Positions 50,536-59,816 of a stretch of 64,000 nucleotides of DNA are shown one piece after another. This DNA comes from Candidatus Levyibacteriota bacterium (GTDB lineage: Bacteria > Patescibacteriota > Microgenomatia > Levybacterales > UBA12049), in assembly GCA_963716145.1 (NCBI GenBank), contig OY970292.1:822528-886527 (forward strand), read 5' to 3'. A model generated the notes under the pieces. The model made no database searches. It was not told the DNA's origin and was given only the letters and a program-made list of their open reading frames with translations. Both the position numbers and the translations under genes were made by a program. Each line of letters starts with the position of its first letter. The first letter of the stretch is position 1.

Positions 50536-50982
50536 TTAACTGCCAAAAGTAGGTATTTTTAGGCTACGAATATCCCCTAGGCCAAATGCGCTTAGGACAA
50601 TTTGTACTATGAAGTAAGCAACAAAGGCGACAATGAGACCCACAATGGCTGCAACGATATGCTTTCTCGCTTCATCAACTTTTCCTTTGTCTCCACCGGA
50701 GGTTATCCATCTGATTCCACCATAAACTAGGTAAAAAAGAGCGATGATAACTGCCGCGATCAGAAGAAATGTTAATACAGTGCCTATGATGCCACCTGCT
50801 TTATCTGCTTTGAAGTTGTCGCAGAGTTTGAAAAAAGTTGAACTCCGAGGGCAGGGATCAAGATCTGTCTCTGCAAACGCAGGAAGAGCTGAGTAGGCGA
50901 AAGCACTAAGTCCTAATAATATTGCTGAAACCTTTTTCATAAGTACATATCTATGATAGAACAATGTTTTTCTGCTTGTCAA
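50536..50982 (-). CDS. VirB2/TrbC-like two-TM pilin-like protein (paralog 2)
   Basis: 148 aa; signal-like N-terminus; YGGIRWITSGGDKGKVDEARKHIVAAIVGLIVAFVAYFIV. Confidence 0.45.
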   Translation of the reverse strand: MTSRKTLFYHRYVLMKKVSAILLGLSAFAYSALPAFAETDLDPCPRSSTFFKLCDNFKADKAGGIIGTVLTFLLIAAVIIALFYLVYGGIRWITSGGDKGKVDEARKHIVAAIVGLIVAFVAYFIVQIVLSAFGLGDIRSLKIPTFGS

Positions 50983-50997
50983 TATAGCAAAATATAA

Positions 50998-51321
50998 TTA
51001 AGCAAAATTTAGAAGGTTTACCTTGAAGAAATAGCCAATAAGGCTAACAATGAAAAACGCAGCAAACGCGACAACAAGCCCAATTATTGCCCAGGTCAAT
51101 TTTGCACGAGCTGCTTGAAGCTTTGTTTTATCTCCGCCTGATAGAATCCATTGTATGCCGGCAACTACTATAAATATAAGCGCCAAAGCTACGCAGATTA
51201 TGATCATGATGATAAAGCTATTGCGGAAAACCTTACTTACTGTACCAATGCCTCCGGTTGGGATACCAGGAGGGGCAGAGATTGTTTGTCCGCCGGGAAG
51301 AGTTAATGCCAAATAGTTCAT
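50998..51321 (-). CDS. VirB2/TrbC-like two-TM pilin-like protein (paralog 3)
   Basis: 107 aa; AGIQWILSGGDKTKLQAARAKLTWAIIGLVVAFAAFFIV. Confidence 0.45.
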   Translation of the reverse strand: MNYLALTLPGGQTISAPPGIPTGGIGTVSKVFRNSFIIMIIICVALALIFIVVAGIQWILSGGDKTKLQAARAKLTWAIIGLVVAFAAFFIVSLIGYFFKVNLLNFA

Positions 51322-51495
51322 ACATATACAGTACTAAGTTCGGGCGATAAAAGCAATAGTACTAGGACAATTTTTAATTTTCAGTTTTCAATTTTCATTG
51401 AATTTTCAATGACTAAATGTTTAAAAATTAAAACATTGTGATTTGATTGAAAATTGTAAATTTCAAATTGAAAATTATAGTGTTACAATAATTGT

Positions 51496-52929
51496 GTGGA
51501 GCAAGTTCATTTTGAATCGCTTTATCCTGATACAGCCTGGTCCTCAGAAATTGAAAAACTGGGAAGTTTTATAAAAGACGGTACATCCTGTCAATTATTG
51601 AGTATACCTGGTGCCGGAAGATCAACTATTTTGGGTCTTTTGGCGCATAACAGCAAAATACGTATAAAGCATTTCGGTAAGAATCAGGCTGCAATCCATT
51701 TTGTAGCTGTTAATTTTTCAGAGATTAAAAAACGTCCGCTTTTTGACGTGATGAAGTTTTTGTTTCTGTCTCTTGCCGACTCTCTTCGGGCGCGCAAAAT
51801 GGAGGAATATGAGAAGATTAATGATCTGTTCAAAGAATCTTTGGGATTTAATGATGAGCTTGTGCTTTTTCAGGCTCTAAAAGAAGCTATTGATTATCTT
51901 GCTCTTGAAAGAAAATTTAAGATTGTTTTTTTGTTTGATCGATTTGAGGAATATGTGCCCAAAGTAACCAGCGAGTTTTTTACCAATCTCAGAACTCTTA
52001 GGAATCGTGCCAAATATCAATTTTCAGTGATTTTTTCTCTCAACAGACCGCTTGAGGAGCTCTTGGAACAGGATCAGCTTTTCGACTTTTATGAATTTAT
52101 CGCAGGACATTACGTTTACTCAGGCCTATCTGATAAAGTCACAACAGATTTCCGCGTTGCATATATAGAAAAAATTACAGGAAAAAAAATTCTGCCAAAA
52201 ATACTTACCGGTATTCTAGAAGAGACAGGGGGAGTGGGAAGACTTATCAAGTTATCAGTTGAGACAGTCCTGGCGAATAATAAATTCGAAGCACGAAGCA
52301 CGAAATCCGAGACAAATATAAATAACAAAAATCCAAATACGAAAAATGTTTCGAGTTTCGACCTGCCTGCCGGCAAGGCAGGTATTCGGATTTCGGATTT
52401 GGGTTTGGGGGAATATCTTTTTTCACAAAAACCAATCCAAAGTGCTCTAATGGAGATTTGCCGCTCGCTTTTACCAGTTGAGCAGGCGGCACTTATTAAT
52501 AACAAATTTGATGACCCGCAAGCAGAAAGTTATCTTGAGACTGTTGCAATAATTAAAGCTAGGAAAATACAAATTCCTCTTTTTGAGAAACATATTAAAT
52601 CGCACGTTGGGAAATTTCAGCAAGATGCCAAAAAAATTGTATATGATCAAAACACAAACGCTATAAAAATGAACGAGGTTGTCTTATCTGATCAGCTGAC
52701 TTCGTCTGAGTTTAGACTGCTGAAATTTCTTCTGCAAAATCCTGACAGAATTGTTGATAGAGACGCGCTGATTGGCGTTGTATGGTCAAGCGTAAAATCA
52801 ACCGCCGGTATAACCGATCAGGCAGTTGACCAACTGGTTTTTAGAGTAAGACGGAAAATAGAAGACGACCCTAATAATCCCGTTCACCTGCTTACTGTTA
52901 AAGGGCGGGGATTTCGATTCGTTTCCTAA
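51496..52929 (+). CDS. regulator: N-terminal P-loop-like ATPase (Walker A Lys replaced by Arg) fused to C-terminal OmpR/PhoB-type winged-helix DNA-binding domain
   Basis: 477 aa; LSIPGAGRSTILGLL; IVFLFDRFEE (Walker B-like); C-terminal ...LTSSEFRLLKFLLQNPDRIVDRDALIGVVW...DQLVFRVRRKIEDDP...LLTVKGRGFRFVS matches the trans_reg_C pattern. Confidence 0.6.
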   Translation: MEQVHFESLYPDTAWSSEIEKLGSFIKDGTSCQLLSIPGAGRSTILGLLAHNSKIRIKHFGKNQAAIHFVAVNFSEIKKRPLFDVMKFLFLSLADSLRARKMEEYEKINDLFKESLGFNDELVLFQALKEAIDYLALERKFKIVFLFDRFEEYVPKVTSEFFTNLRTLRNRAKYQFSVIFSLNRPLEELLEQDQLFDFYEFIAGHYVYSGLSDKVTTDFRVAYIEKITGKKILPKILTGILEETGGVGRLIKLSVETVLANNKFEARSTKSETNINNKNPNTKNVSSFDLPAGKAGIRISDLGLGEYLFSQKPIQSALMEICRSLLPVEQAALINNKFDDPQAESYLETVAIIKARKIQIPLFEKHIKSHVGKFQQDAKKIVYDQNTNAIKMNEVVLSDQLTSSEFRLLKFLLQNPDRIVDRDALIGVVWSSVKSTAGITDQAVDQLVFRVRRKIEDDPNNPVHLLTVKGRGFRFVS

Positions 52930-52994
52930 CATTTGTAATCTTCCTGTAATTCAAATATCAAGTCTATTTTATCAACAGATACTATAATCCTCCT

Positions 52995-55900
52995 ATGATA
53001 GAGCAAAAATTGACAGCCAGAGAGGCTTCCCGATATGATAGAAGAGGAGCAAAATATATGTCAGAAACAGGAGCAGCCGTATTGGAAAGATCGGAAGAAT
53101 CAGATGAAGAAAAACTGTATAAAAAATGGGAGCCTTTTTTGGCGCAAGCTACCAAGCCCGAAGAACGCGCCCACATACTTGATCTTATAACTCAACGTAG
53201 AGAACCACCCTCAGAAGATCCAAGTGAATTAACGCAGGCCAGATTGAGAGAAATGTCCCAGGATGAGGTTGATAAGAAATTTGCCGCCATGATCAAAAAG
53301 CCTGAGATTAACAGGCCTGAAGATTTAAAGGGGCTTGACAAGATACTGGATAAGTACCAGGAGCAGGCAAAGGGCGCAGACGGTCTATTGGGAGATGAGT
53401 CGGTAGCACCAGGGGAAGTCTTGCGGGATAAGGACAGCTGGGCAGAGTATGGATGGAGCGATACTGAGAAAATCAGAGTTGCTGGTGACCTAAAGACCAC
53501 CCTTGCGAGCTTAAAGCTTACCGATAAACAGGTAGATACTATGATGGAAATTTTTCTTTCCGAAGGTAAATTGCCTGAACATTTAACAAAAGGAAAAATA
53601 GAAGAGATATCAGCCAACATATGGGATGAATGGGAGAAAGACCCAAATATCAGACATGATTATAAAAATGAATTCGATATATTTGTAATGCAGAAGTTGG
53701 GAATTACGGAAAAGCAAATAAAGCATTTTATTTTGACTGATAAATTTGAACAGGATAATGATATGTATGTTGATTATAATTCTCCACGAAATATTGAGGC
53801 CCTTGCCTGGCAGATCATGCACACCCCCGGTAAAGGATACGCAGGGTGGGGTATTAAGGGCGAGCGTCCGCTTCTTGAGATGCGGATAGTAAAGAATGCT
53901 GATGGAACTGTTGACACAGACAAGAGCCGTTACCGTGTAAATACAGCAAATATGGTTGCTTGGGCACGTTACAGCATGTATACCGCCTATGATCTTGACC
54001 GTGAAACTCCTCACAATTTTTTTCAGGAAATTGCTTTAAAGAAAAGATACCCGCTTTCTCTTCAAGAGATGCTTCTTAATCCTGATCAGTATTTTGTTTC
54101 GGAAGACGGAGAGACAAAATATAAACAAATGCTGCTGGAGTGGTATAAGGAAGCGGCTGTTTTTACAACTGTCAGGGGCTGGGATGTTGCTTACCGTGGA
54201 GTAATAGGAGATAGCGAGGAGCTGATGAAGGTTTTTAGGGAAATGTATAACACCCAAAATTTACTGACCAGAGGAGCTCTTGGTTCCAACATACTTAATC
54301 TTATGACAACTATGCCATTGGATTTTCAGGGGACAAAAGACGGTCAATGGAATAGCGATAGTAAGATGGGGGCCGGTTGGATTGATATCTATAGAGCTTA
54401 CGACAGCATGACTGATTTTGATAACCTGCAAAAGATACTTGGCAAGGGCTCAAAATTTTTTACCCGCGCAGGTTTCTCGGAGGCGATAAAAGAAGTGGAA
54501 AAAGGCAAGATTACAGCAACAGGTATAACTAAGTCAAGAGTGTTTATGGGTCGTAAGGAGCTTGAGTTTTTTAAAAATGCATTTGATGACAAGGGGGAGA
54601 TTTCATCTGAGGCGAATAAGGTAAATTTTATAAAACTTATTAATATTTTCGGAACCAAGCAGCCTGGAGCCGGAGTTGAGTTTGCAGTGCGTTTTGCACT
54701 GCGCAATGCTATTGCTGAAAAATACGGGGAGGAAGTGTACGTTAAAAATGCAAAGGGTGAAATCATGAAGGATGAAAATGGAAAAAAGATAAAAACGCAT
54801 GCTTTTGTTACTACACAAGGGGAGAAAAAAGGCGACGAGATAGAAAACAGGATAGCAGATAATGAAAGTCTATATATAGCTGAGGCAATTGCCTGGTCGC
54901 TGGCCAGACCATTTGGCGCGGCCGCCAAAAATGATCCTGATTCCATAGCGCATGACTATATGGCCAAAATTTATAATACCCAGCTGCTGCGTGAGAAATA
55001 TCCTCATCGCGGAGACAAACTTGGTAATGAGCTGACAATGAATTTAATCAAGCGGACAGGTGTTGATATTCTTAACGCTGTAGTAACAGAAGCCCAGACA
55101 CCCGAGCTGGATTCAGAGGGAAAAGTAATTTATAAAACAAAAGACGATAGGGCAAACAACCGCCCGGTAATGCGTGACAAAACTCCAATGGAACTCTTTG
55201 TTGAGCTGTCTGAGTTCAGGACAATAGCAGCTAGTGAGATACGGTTAATGAGAGATAAGCTTATGGGAATGACCAGGGGAACAGAGGAATGGAAAAGGCA
55301 AAAGGATTTGGTAGATGCCTACGAACAGCAATCAGAGCAAAAATACCAGAATATAGCTTCCCAAATATCTATCAGACAAAGAGTGCTTTCGAACTATTAT
55401 GAAGATCATTTGAGGTATGCCTCTGACATATTTAAGCAGGTTATGAACGCGGATGAAATAGGATTTGATAAATTCACCGATTACAATGTCTTCGGAGGTG
55501 TGCGGTTCAAGCAGGCGGAATTTCAGAAAGAGGTGCAGGATACCTGGATTCATAAGATCCGTTACATGCTCGATACTTATTCGAGTCTTAACTTTAATCA
55601 GACTGTGCGTGTTTTGGATCAGAAAGAGACATCAAGACGGCATTGGGACGATCATCGTGAGTCTGAACCTGCTTTTCATGATGTTCCGCTGGGTGAGGCG
55701 CTTTTCGGGCACGAAATGCTCAATATACCAAAATTCTGGAAAAGAGACGATAAAGGGAGGCCGATAAATTTGAGAGATAATAAAGGCCGGAAGATGAAGG
55801 GACTCTACGAAATTGATTATTTGAAAGTACAGGAGAACAAACAGGATGTCTGGAAGCAATGGTTTATGATCAAAGTTGCCGCGGATTTACGCTCGCACAA

Positions 55901-56210
55901 AATGCTACACGGTAATGATGTCAGATATAATTTCACATATTATCAAAATGTTATTGAGTCACTGGGAAGAATACCGGGGAATATTTTGCAGGATGAATAT
56001 AAGATGAAGGATACAGTAGTAAACGAGCGTTTTTTCACAAAAGCCAATATTGCATGGCTGCGTGAAAAAGCAGGCGTAACGAATTTTAACCTTTATATGG
56101 GAGCAATACTTAAAGATCTGATTTTGGAAGAGGATAAGCCTGAGGAGGGAATAGGACTGCTTCTTGCCTTAAGTCTCGCGATGAAAGCAATTGTACGGGA
56201 TAAAGTTTAG
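52995..56210 (+). CDS. giant hypothetical soluble protein (1071 aa), Lys/Glu/Asp/Trp/Tyr-rich
   Basis: single uninterrupted ORF, no signal peptide or TM, no recognisable motif. Confidence 0.6.
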   Translation: MIEQKLTAREASRYDRRGAKYMSETGAAVLERSEESDEEKLYKKWEPFLAQATKPEERAHILDLITQRREPPSEDPSELTQARLREMSQDEVDKKFAAMIKKPEINRPEDLKGLDKILDKYQEQAKGADGLLGDESVAPGEVLRDKDSWAEYGWSDTEKIRVAGDLKTTLASLKLTDKQVDTMMEIFLSEGKLPEHLTKGKIEEISANIWDEWEKDPNIRHDYKNEFDIFVMQKLGITEKQIKHFILTDKFEQDNDMYVDYNSPRNIEALAWQIMHTPGKGYAGWGIKGERPLLEMRIVKNADGTVDTDKSRYRVNTANMVAWARYSMYTAYDLDRETPHNFFQEIALKKRYPLSLQEMLLNPDQYFVSEDGETKYKQMLLEWYKEAAVFTTVRGWDVAYRGVIGDSEELMKVFREMYNTQNLLTRGALGSNILNLMTTMPLDFQGTKDGQWNSDSKMGAGWIDIYRAYDSMTDFDNLQKILGKGSKFFTRAGFSEAIKEVEKGKITATGITKSRVFMGRKELEFFKNAFDDKGEISSEANKVNFIKLINIFGTKQPGAGVEFAVRFALRNAIAEKYGEEVYVKNAKGEIMKDENGKKIKTHAFVTTQGEKKGDEIENRIADNESLYIAEAIAWSLARPFGAAAKNDPDSIAHDYMAKIYNTQLLREKYPHRGDKLGNELTMNLIKRTGVDILNAVVTEAQTPELDSEGKVIYKTKDDRANNRPVMRDKTPMELFVELSEFRTIAASEIRLMRDKLMGMTRGTEEWKRQKDLVDAYEQQSEQKYQNIASQISIRQRVLSNYYEDHLRYASDIFKQVMNADEIGFDKFTDYNVFGGVRFKQAEFQKEVQDTWIHKIRYMLDTYSSLNFNQTVRVLDQKETSRRHWDDHRESEPAFHDVPLGEALFGHEMLNIPKFWKRDDKGRPINLRDNKGRKMKGLYEIDYLKVQENKQDVWKQWFMIKVAADLRSHKMLHGNDVRYNFTYYQNVIESLGRIPGNILQDEYKMKDTVVNERFFTKANIAWLREKAGVTNFNLYMGAILKDLILEEDKPEEGIGLLLALSLAMKAIVRDKV

Positions 56211-56215
56211 AGATG

Positions 56216-58084
56216 CTATGATTTGGGTTTTGCGCCATTTTTATTTCTTCGTCTTTGCCTAAAGGGTACTCTTTCACCTCTTTCTTTCCGAATTGCTTCC
56301 CTTTCCGCCTCAATGGTTTTTTCGAATCCGCCCTCCCCATGTACTGTTCCTTGTCTCTCAATAAGTCTTCTTGATGCCAGACCTCTCTCAGCCATAGAAC
56401 CGAGAATAGGCACGCGGGATCCGGCTCCGATTATCTTTTCACCGGTTTTACGTTTCAAAACAGCAAGAGCTCCCTTGTCACCGCTTCTCGCGTCATATCT
56501 ATTTAGATGCTTCATTGCACGCCCCACCGGTGCGCCAACTACCGCAGCTCCAGCGGCAATTCCAGCTCCAACAATTCCCGGAGTGCCGATATTTTTGACA
56601 CCCATTTTCTCACGTAGAATGGTCTGGATAGTCGGGGCAATCAGAAGCACTCCAAATGCCATAAGCGCTCCGAAATTGGTGCTTGATGGATTTCCCACAA
56701 GGGGAGGTACGAATTGATTGGGAGATGCCGTACTATATATATCCAAAAGCAAACGCGCGGCAATTAAAAGAAACACTGTTAGAGGAAAAATGGCAATATT
56801 GACAAAAAGCCTTCTGATCCAGCTTTCAAAACCCATAGGTTTGGTTGGAAGCAGCCCAAAAACAATAATAATAGGCGCCAATATTACATAGGCCAGAGTA
56901 TAGATATATGCTTTAAGGAGATTAAACCAGATTTTGAATAGATTTATAACCAAAATTACGAAAATGATAATTTGCGCGACAGCGCTGACGAGAACAGCAA
57001 GGAAATTGGCAACGCCTTTTTTGGCGCATTTTATGGGATGATACCACTTGCATTTTGTTTCCAGATCATTTTCATCAAACATCAAACTTCTTGCTACATT
57101 GCCGATAGTGTTTCCCGCGCTGTCGGCAACTGATTTGGTCATGACATGAAATCCGCCGTCGCGATCATTACCTTCACCAATAGATAAAAATCCTGTTTCC
57201 TCGCTGCACCTGGCAAAAATTTGATTAAAATAAGTAATAGGAGTCTGAAGAATTGTGCTGGTTGCTTTTTCTGAAAGCTTTTCCGGCCCGGCAGTTTTAT
57301 CTGTACAGTTGCCTACATCCGGGTCATGAGTGGCAGTAAGTAAGTAGGATCCTGCATAAGTAGTCACCCACATCAGGTCAATAAGCATAGCCGAAATCGC
57401 GTAAGAGAGAGTAATAAGTATTATCGAAACTATTACTTTGGGAATTTGATTCTGAATAGTCATGACTGTCCTGGGGTCAATTTTTATCCTTAGCATGATA
57501 CCAACGCCAATAAATACAAACGCAAGAGTCAGAAGAACATAGGCGATATTGCGCACAGTTTCCCAGAGTCCGATAATCGGCTGGAGGCCGCACAATCCGT
57601 AGCCTGATTTAGCAGGATCACAAGGCGCTACCGCGGCATAAGCTTTGGGGACAATGCCGAATTTATCTGAGATATACCGCGTATACGTTCCTGTTGATGC
57701 AATCGGCTGATAGGTTGAGGTGATCAGACCGGTTGAAATACCCACAAGTCCCCCAATTTCCGGCTTGCCATACTCATCGAGTACAGGTTTACTCATCCCT
57801 AGTCTTTTGGTCTCAGGATTGATGCCAAGACAGCCTTGAGTCGGGTTGATCGGATCAACCCCGATTAGTAGACAATGTATAGCTGATAAAACTTCAATTG
57901 TTGTTGACTGGGCAAAAGTGTGTTGATTGAGGGGAACATCCGGATCCATATTTGGAGCCGCGAAAGAATTGGTTGTCGTAGTAGCCGAAGTGGGGGATAT
58001 TTGAGCAAATGAGGGCTTGGAAGCCATAAATAACAACCCAACAATAACAAATAACAAACAGAATAAAACGCGGACAGAGCGCAT
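56216..58084 (-). CDS. VirB6/TrbL-like polytopic membrane protein with signal peptide and long basic C-terminal tail
   Basis: 622 aa; MRSVRVLFCLLFVIVGLLFMASKPSFA signal; about 8 TM helices in the middle; hydrophilic Arg/Lys/Gly-rich C-terminal 110 aa. Confidence 0.4.
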   Translation of the reverse strand: MRSVRVLFCLLFVIVGLLFMASKPSFAQISPTSATTTTNSFAAPNMDPDVPLNQHTFAQSTTIEVLSAIHCLLIGVDPINPTQGCLGINPETKRLGMSKPVLDEYGKPEIGGLVGISTGLITSTYQPIASTGTYTRYISDKFGIVPKAYAAVAPCDPAKSGYGLCGLQPIIGLWETVRNIAYVLLTLAFVFIGVGIMLRIKIDPRTVMTIQNQIPKVIVSIILITLSYAISAMLIDLMWVTTYAGSYLLTATHDPDVGNCTDKTAGPEKLSEKATSTILQTPITYFNQIFARCSEETGFLSIGEGNDRDGGFHVMTKSVADSAGNTIGNVARSLMFDENDLETKCKWYHPIKCAKKGVANFLAVLVSAVAQIIIFVILVINLFKIWFNLLKAYIYTLAYVILAPIIIVFGLLPTKPMGFESWIRRLFVNIAIFPLTVFLLIAARLLLDIYSTASPNQFVPPLVGNPSSTNFGALMAFGVLLIAPTIQTILREKMGVKNIGTPGIVGAGIAAGAAVVGAPVGRAMKHLNRYDARSGDKGALAVLKRKTGEKIIGAGSRVPILGSMAERGLASRRLIERQGTVHGEGGFEKTIEAEREAIRKERGERVPFRQRRRNKNGAKPKS

Positions 58085-58150
58085 AGCTATTTTAGTTTGA
58101 GGTATTTTGAATGGGTTGTCAAGTTCTGCAAAGCAGAATTTTAAGCCTTG

Positions 58151-58235
58151 CGGAGAGGACGGGACTCGAACCCGTAATCCCGTTTCCGGGACACGCGCTT
58201 TCCAAGCGCGCCGACTACCATTATCACACCTCTCC
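58151..58235 (-). tRNA. tRNA-Ser (anticodon GGA), type II with long variable arm
   Basis: acceptor GGAGAGG/CCTCTCC, anticodon arm CGCGC-TTGGAAA-GCGCG, variable hairpin CCCGGAAACGGG, T-arm ACGGG-TTCGAGT-CCCGT, discriminator G. Confidence 0.85.
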
Positions 58236-58459
58236 TTTTTTTAATCTAAATTTCTTCTAAAATATTTTCTCCCACGCGCACTCTTGTCCGCCTCTGGCGG
58301 AAGACCACCCCGCCAAAGGCGGGCAGGTATGCGACCCTTCCATTTCAAAACTATTATATAAGGTAAATGTCAAGCGATTTAGCTCGAAATTTCCTATACT
58401 TGTCTGGTAATTATACCTGATTAGTTTCATATTTGCATAAAAGGGAGGGAGGATATAAA

Positions 58460-59314
58460 ATGACAGAGAACGATTATATTATGGACCCATTACCACCAGA
58501 TAGACCGGGATCTAGACCAGGAGATCCCCGAGCGCCACGTGAAGCCGGGCCTCCGATAGTACCTAGGCCTACCCAAGATCCGAAAGAGGCAGCAGATCAT
58601 CCTCTTGGTCCAGCTATTCCCTCACCGTCCAGAAAGGAAGGTGTAGGTGATGAAACCGTGGAGGCCTGGACAAAAGGCGCAACCTCGCGCAGCAGAATGA
58701 GTCCATCAGAAACTGTCGAGAAAGTATTGCCCGCACGTGGACTGGATTTGCCAACTGGCGAAAGAGGACAAGAAGATGCTGCCCGCGACTTGGAACTAAC
58801 GACGAGGGTAGTAAATGAAAACATTAGTATTCCTGAGATGGCTGCTATTGCTAATGAATTTGGAATTCCAAGGAATATGGTGTCGCACGAATTTGCGCAG
58901 ATGGGTGTTAAGCCGGAGAAAATCGAGGAACTTATGCAGCATCAGCATCTGCTGCTGCCCGAATTAACAGAGGCCGAAAAAGTAAACGTCTCTGATCCTG
59001 TCACCGAAGAGGTAATACAAGCCGGAAAGACAAACGCAGAAAAGGAATTGGAAGCTGGAATTTTTGAAGATGTAAAGAAAAGGTTTGAGACCGAAGCTGA
59101 ACCTCAGGAGGGTGACTTAGAAAAGATAGCCACAGTAAGAAAGGGATTTAATAAGTTTTTATTTGACGAGAATGAGGGTATTTTAAGAAGAGAGGGACGA
59201 AAAGCAAGACTTTTTGGAAAACCGCTGGTGGTTGGATTAATGGCCACATTTCTTGCCTATCTTTCGCTTTTGAGTCTTATGACAAAGTGGGCGGCCAAAA
59301 GAGTAGGAAGTTAG
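58460..59314 (+). CDS. hypothetical tail-anchored protein, Pro/Arg/Glu-rich N-terminus, C-terminal TM
   Basis: ATG 58460 after gggagggagg; C-terminus GKPLVVGLMATFLAYLSLLSLM; G+C higher than host. Confidence 0.45.
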   Translation: MTENDYIMDPLPPDRPGSRPGDPRAPREAGPPIVPRPTQDPKEAADHPLGPAIPSPSRKEGVGDETVEAWTKGATSRSRMSPSETVEKVLPARGLDLPTGERGQEDAARDLELTTRVVNENISIPEMAAIANEFGIPRNMVSHEFAQMGVKPEKIEELMQHQHLLLPELTEAEKVNVSDPVTEEVIQAGKTNAEKELEAGIFEDVKKRFETEAEPQEGDLEKIATVRKGFNKFLFDENEGILRREGRKARLFGKPLVVGLMATFLAYLSLLSLMTKWAAKRVGS

Positions 59315-59386
59315 TGTCCCCGGCGGGAATCGAACCCACAACTGAAGCTTCGGAAGCTCCTGTTTTATCCGTTAGACTACGAGGAC
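59315..59386 (-). tRNA. tRNA-Arg (anticodon CCG)
   Basis: acceptor GTCCTCG/CGGGGAC (one G-U), anticodon arm GGAGC-TTCCGAA-GCTTC, T-arm GTGGG-TTCGATT-CCCGC, discriminator A. Confidence 0.75.
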
Positions 59387-59503
59387 TCTTCTGCTCCGGC
59401 TGCGTAAATTGCTCTGCAACATTTTCAGGCGAAACGTAAGAAATTTCTCAAGAAATTTCAACGTTTCTGCAACGTTGAAATCGCAAAGCGATTTCTTACG
59501 TTG

Positions 59504-59587
59504 CGGAGGGTACAGGATTCGAACCTGTGTAGGGATTACTCCCTCGAGTTTTCGAAACTCGTGCAATTGCCACTATGCGAACCCTCC
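59504..59587 (-). tRNA. tRNA-Ser (anticodon CGA), type II
   Basis: acceptor GGAGGGT/ACCCTCC, anticodon arm CGAGT-TTCGAAA-ACTCG, variable hairpin AGGGAGTAATCCCT, T-arm ACAGG-TTCGAAT-CCTGT, discriminator G. Confidence 0.85.
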
Positions 59588-59692
59588 TTGTTCGCCAGTT
59601 GGCGAACACAATGAACTAAGAACAAAGAACTTAGAAAACTTTCTATTCTTGGTTTTAAGTTCTTAGTCCTTAGTATTCTGCTTTGCAGAATG

Positions 59693-59766
59693 TGTTCCCG
59701 AGTGGATTCGAACCACCGGCCTTAACGTCCGCAACGTTACGCTCTATCCAGCTGAGCTACGGGAAC
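59693..59766 (-). tRNA. tRNA-Arg (anticodon GCG)
   Basis: acceptor GTTCCCG/CGGGAAC perfect, D-arm GCTC-AGCTGGATA-GAGC, anticodon arm TAACG-TTGCGGA-CGTTA, T-loop TTCGAAT, discriminator A. Confidence 0.8.
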
Positions 59767-59816
59767 ATGTGTGTATTTTACCTAATATGGTCTAGGCTTG
59801 CAATTAAAATGAAATT

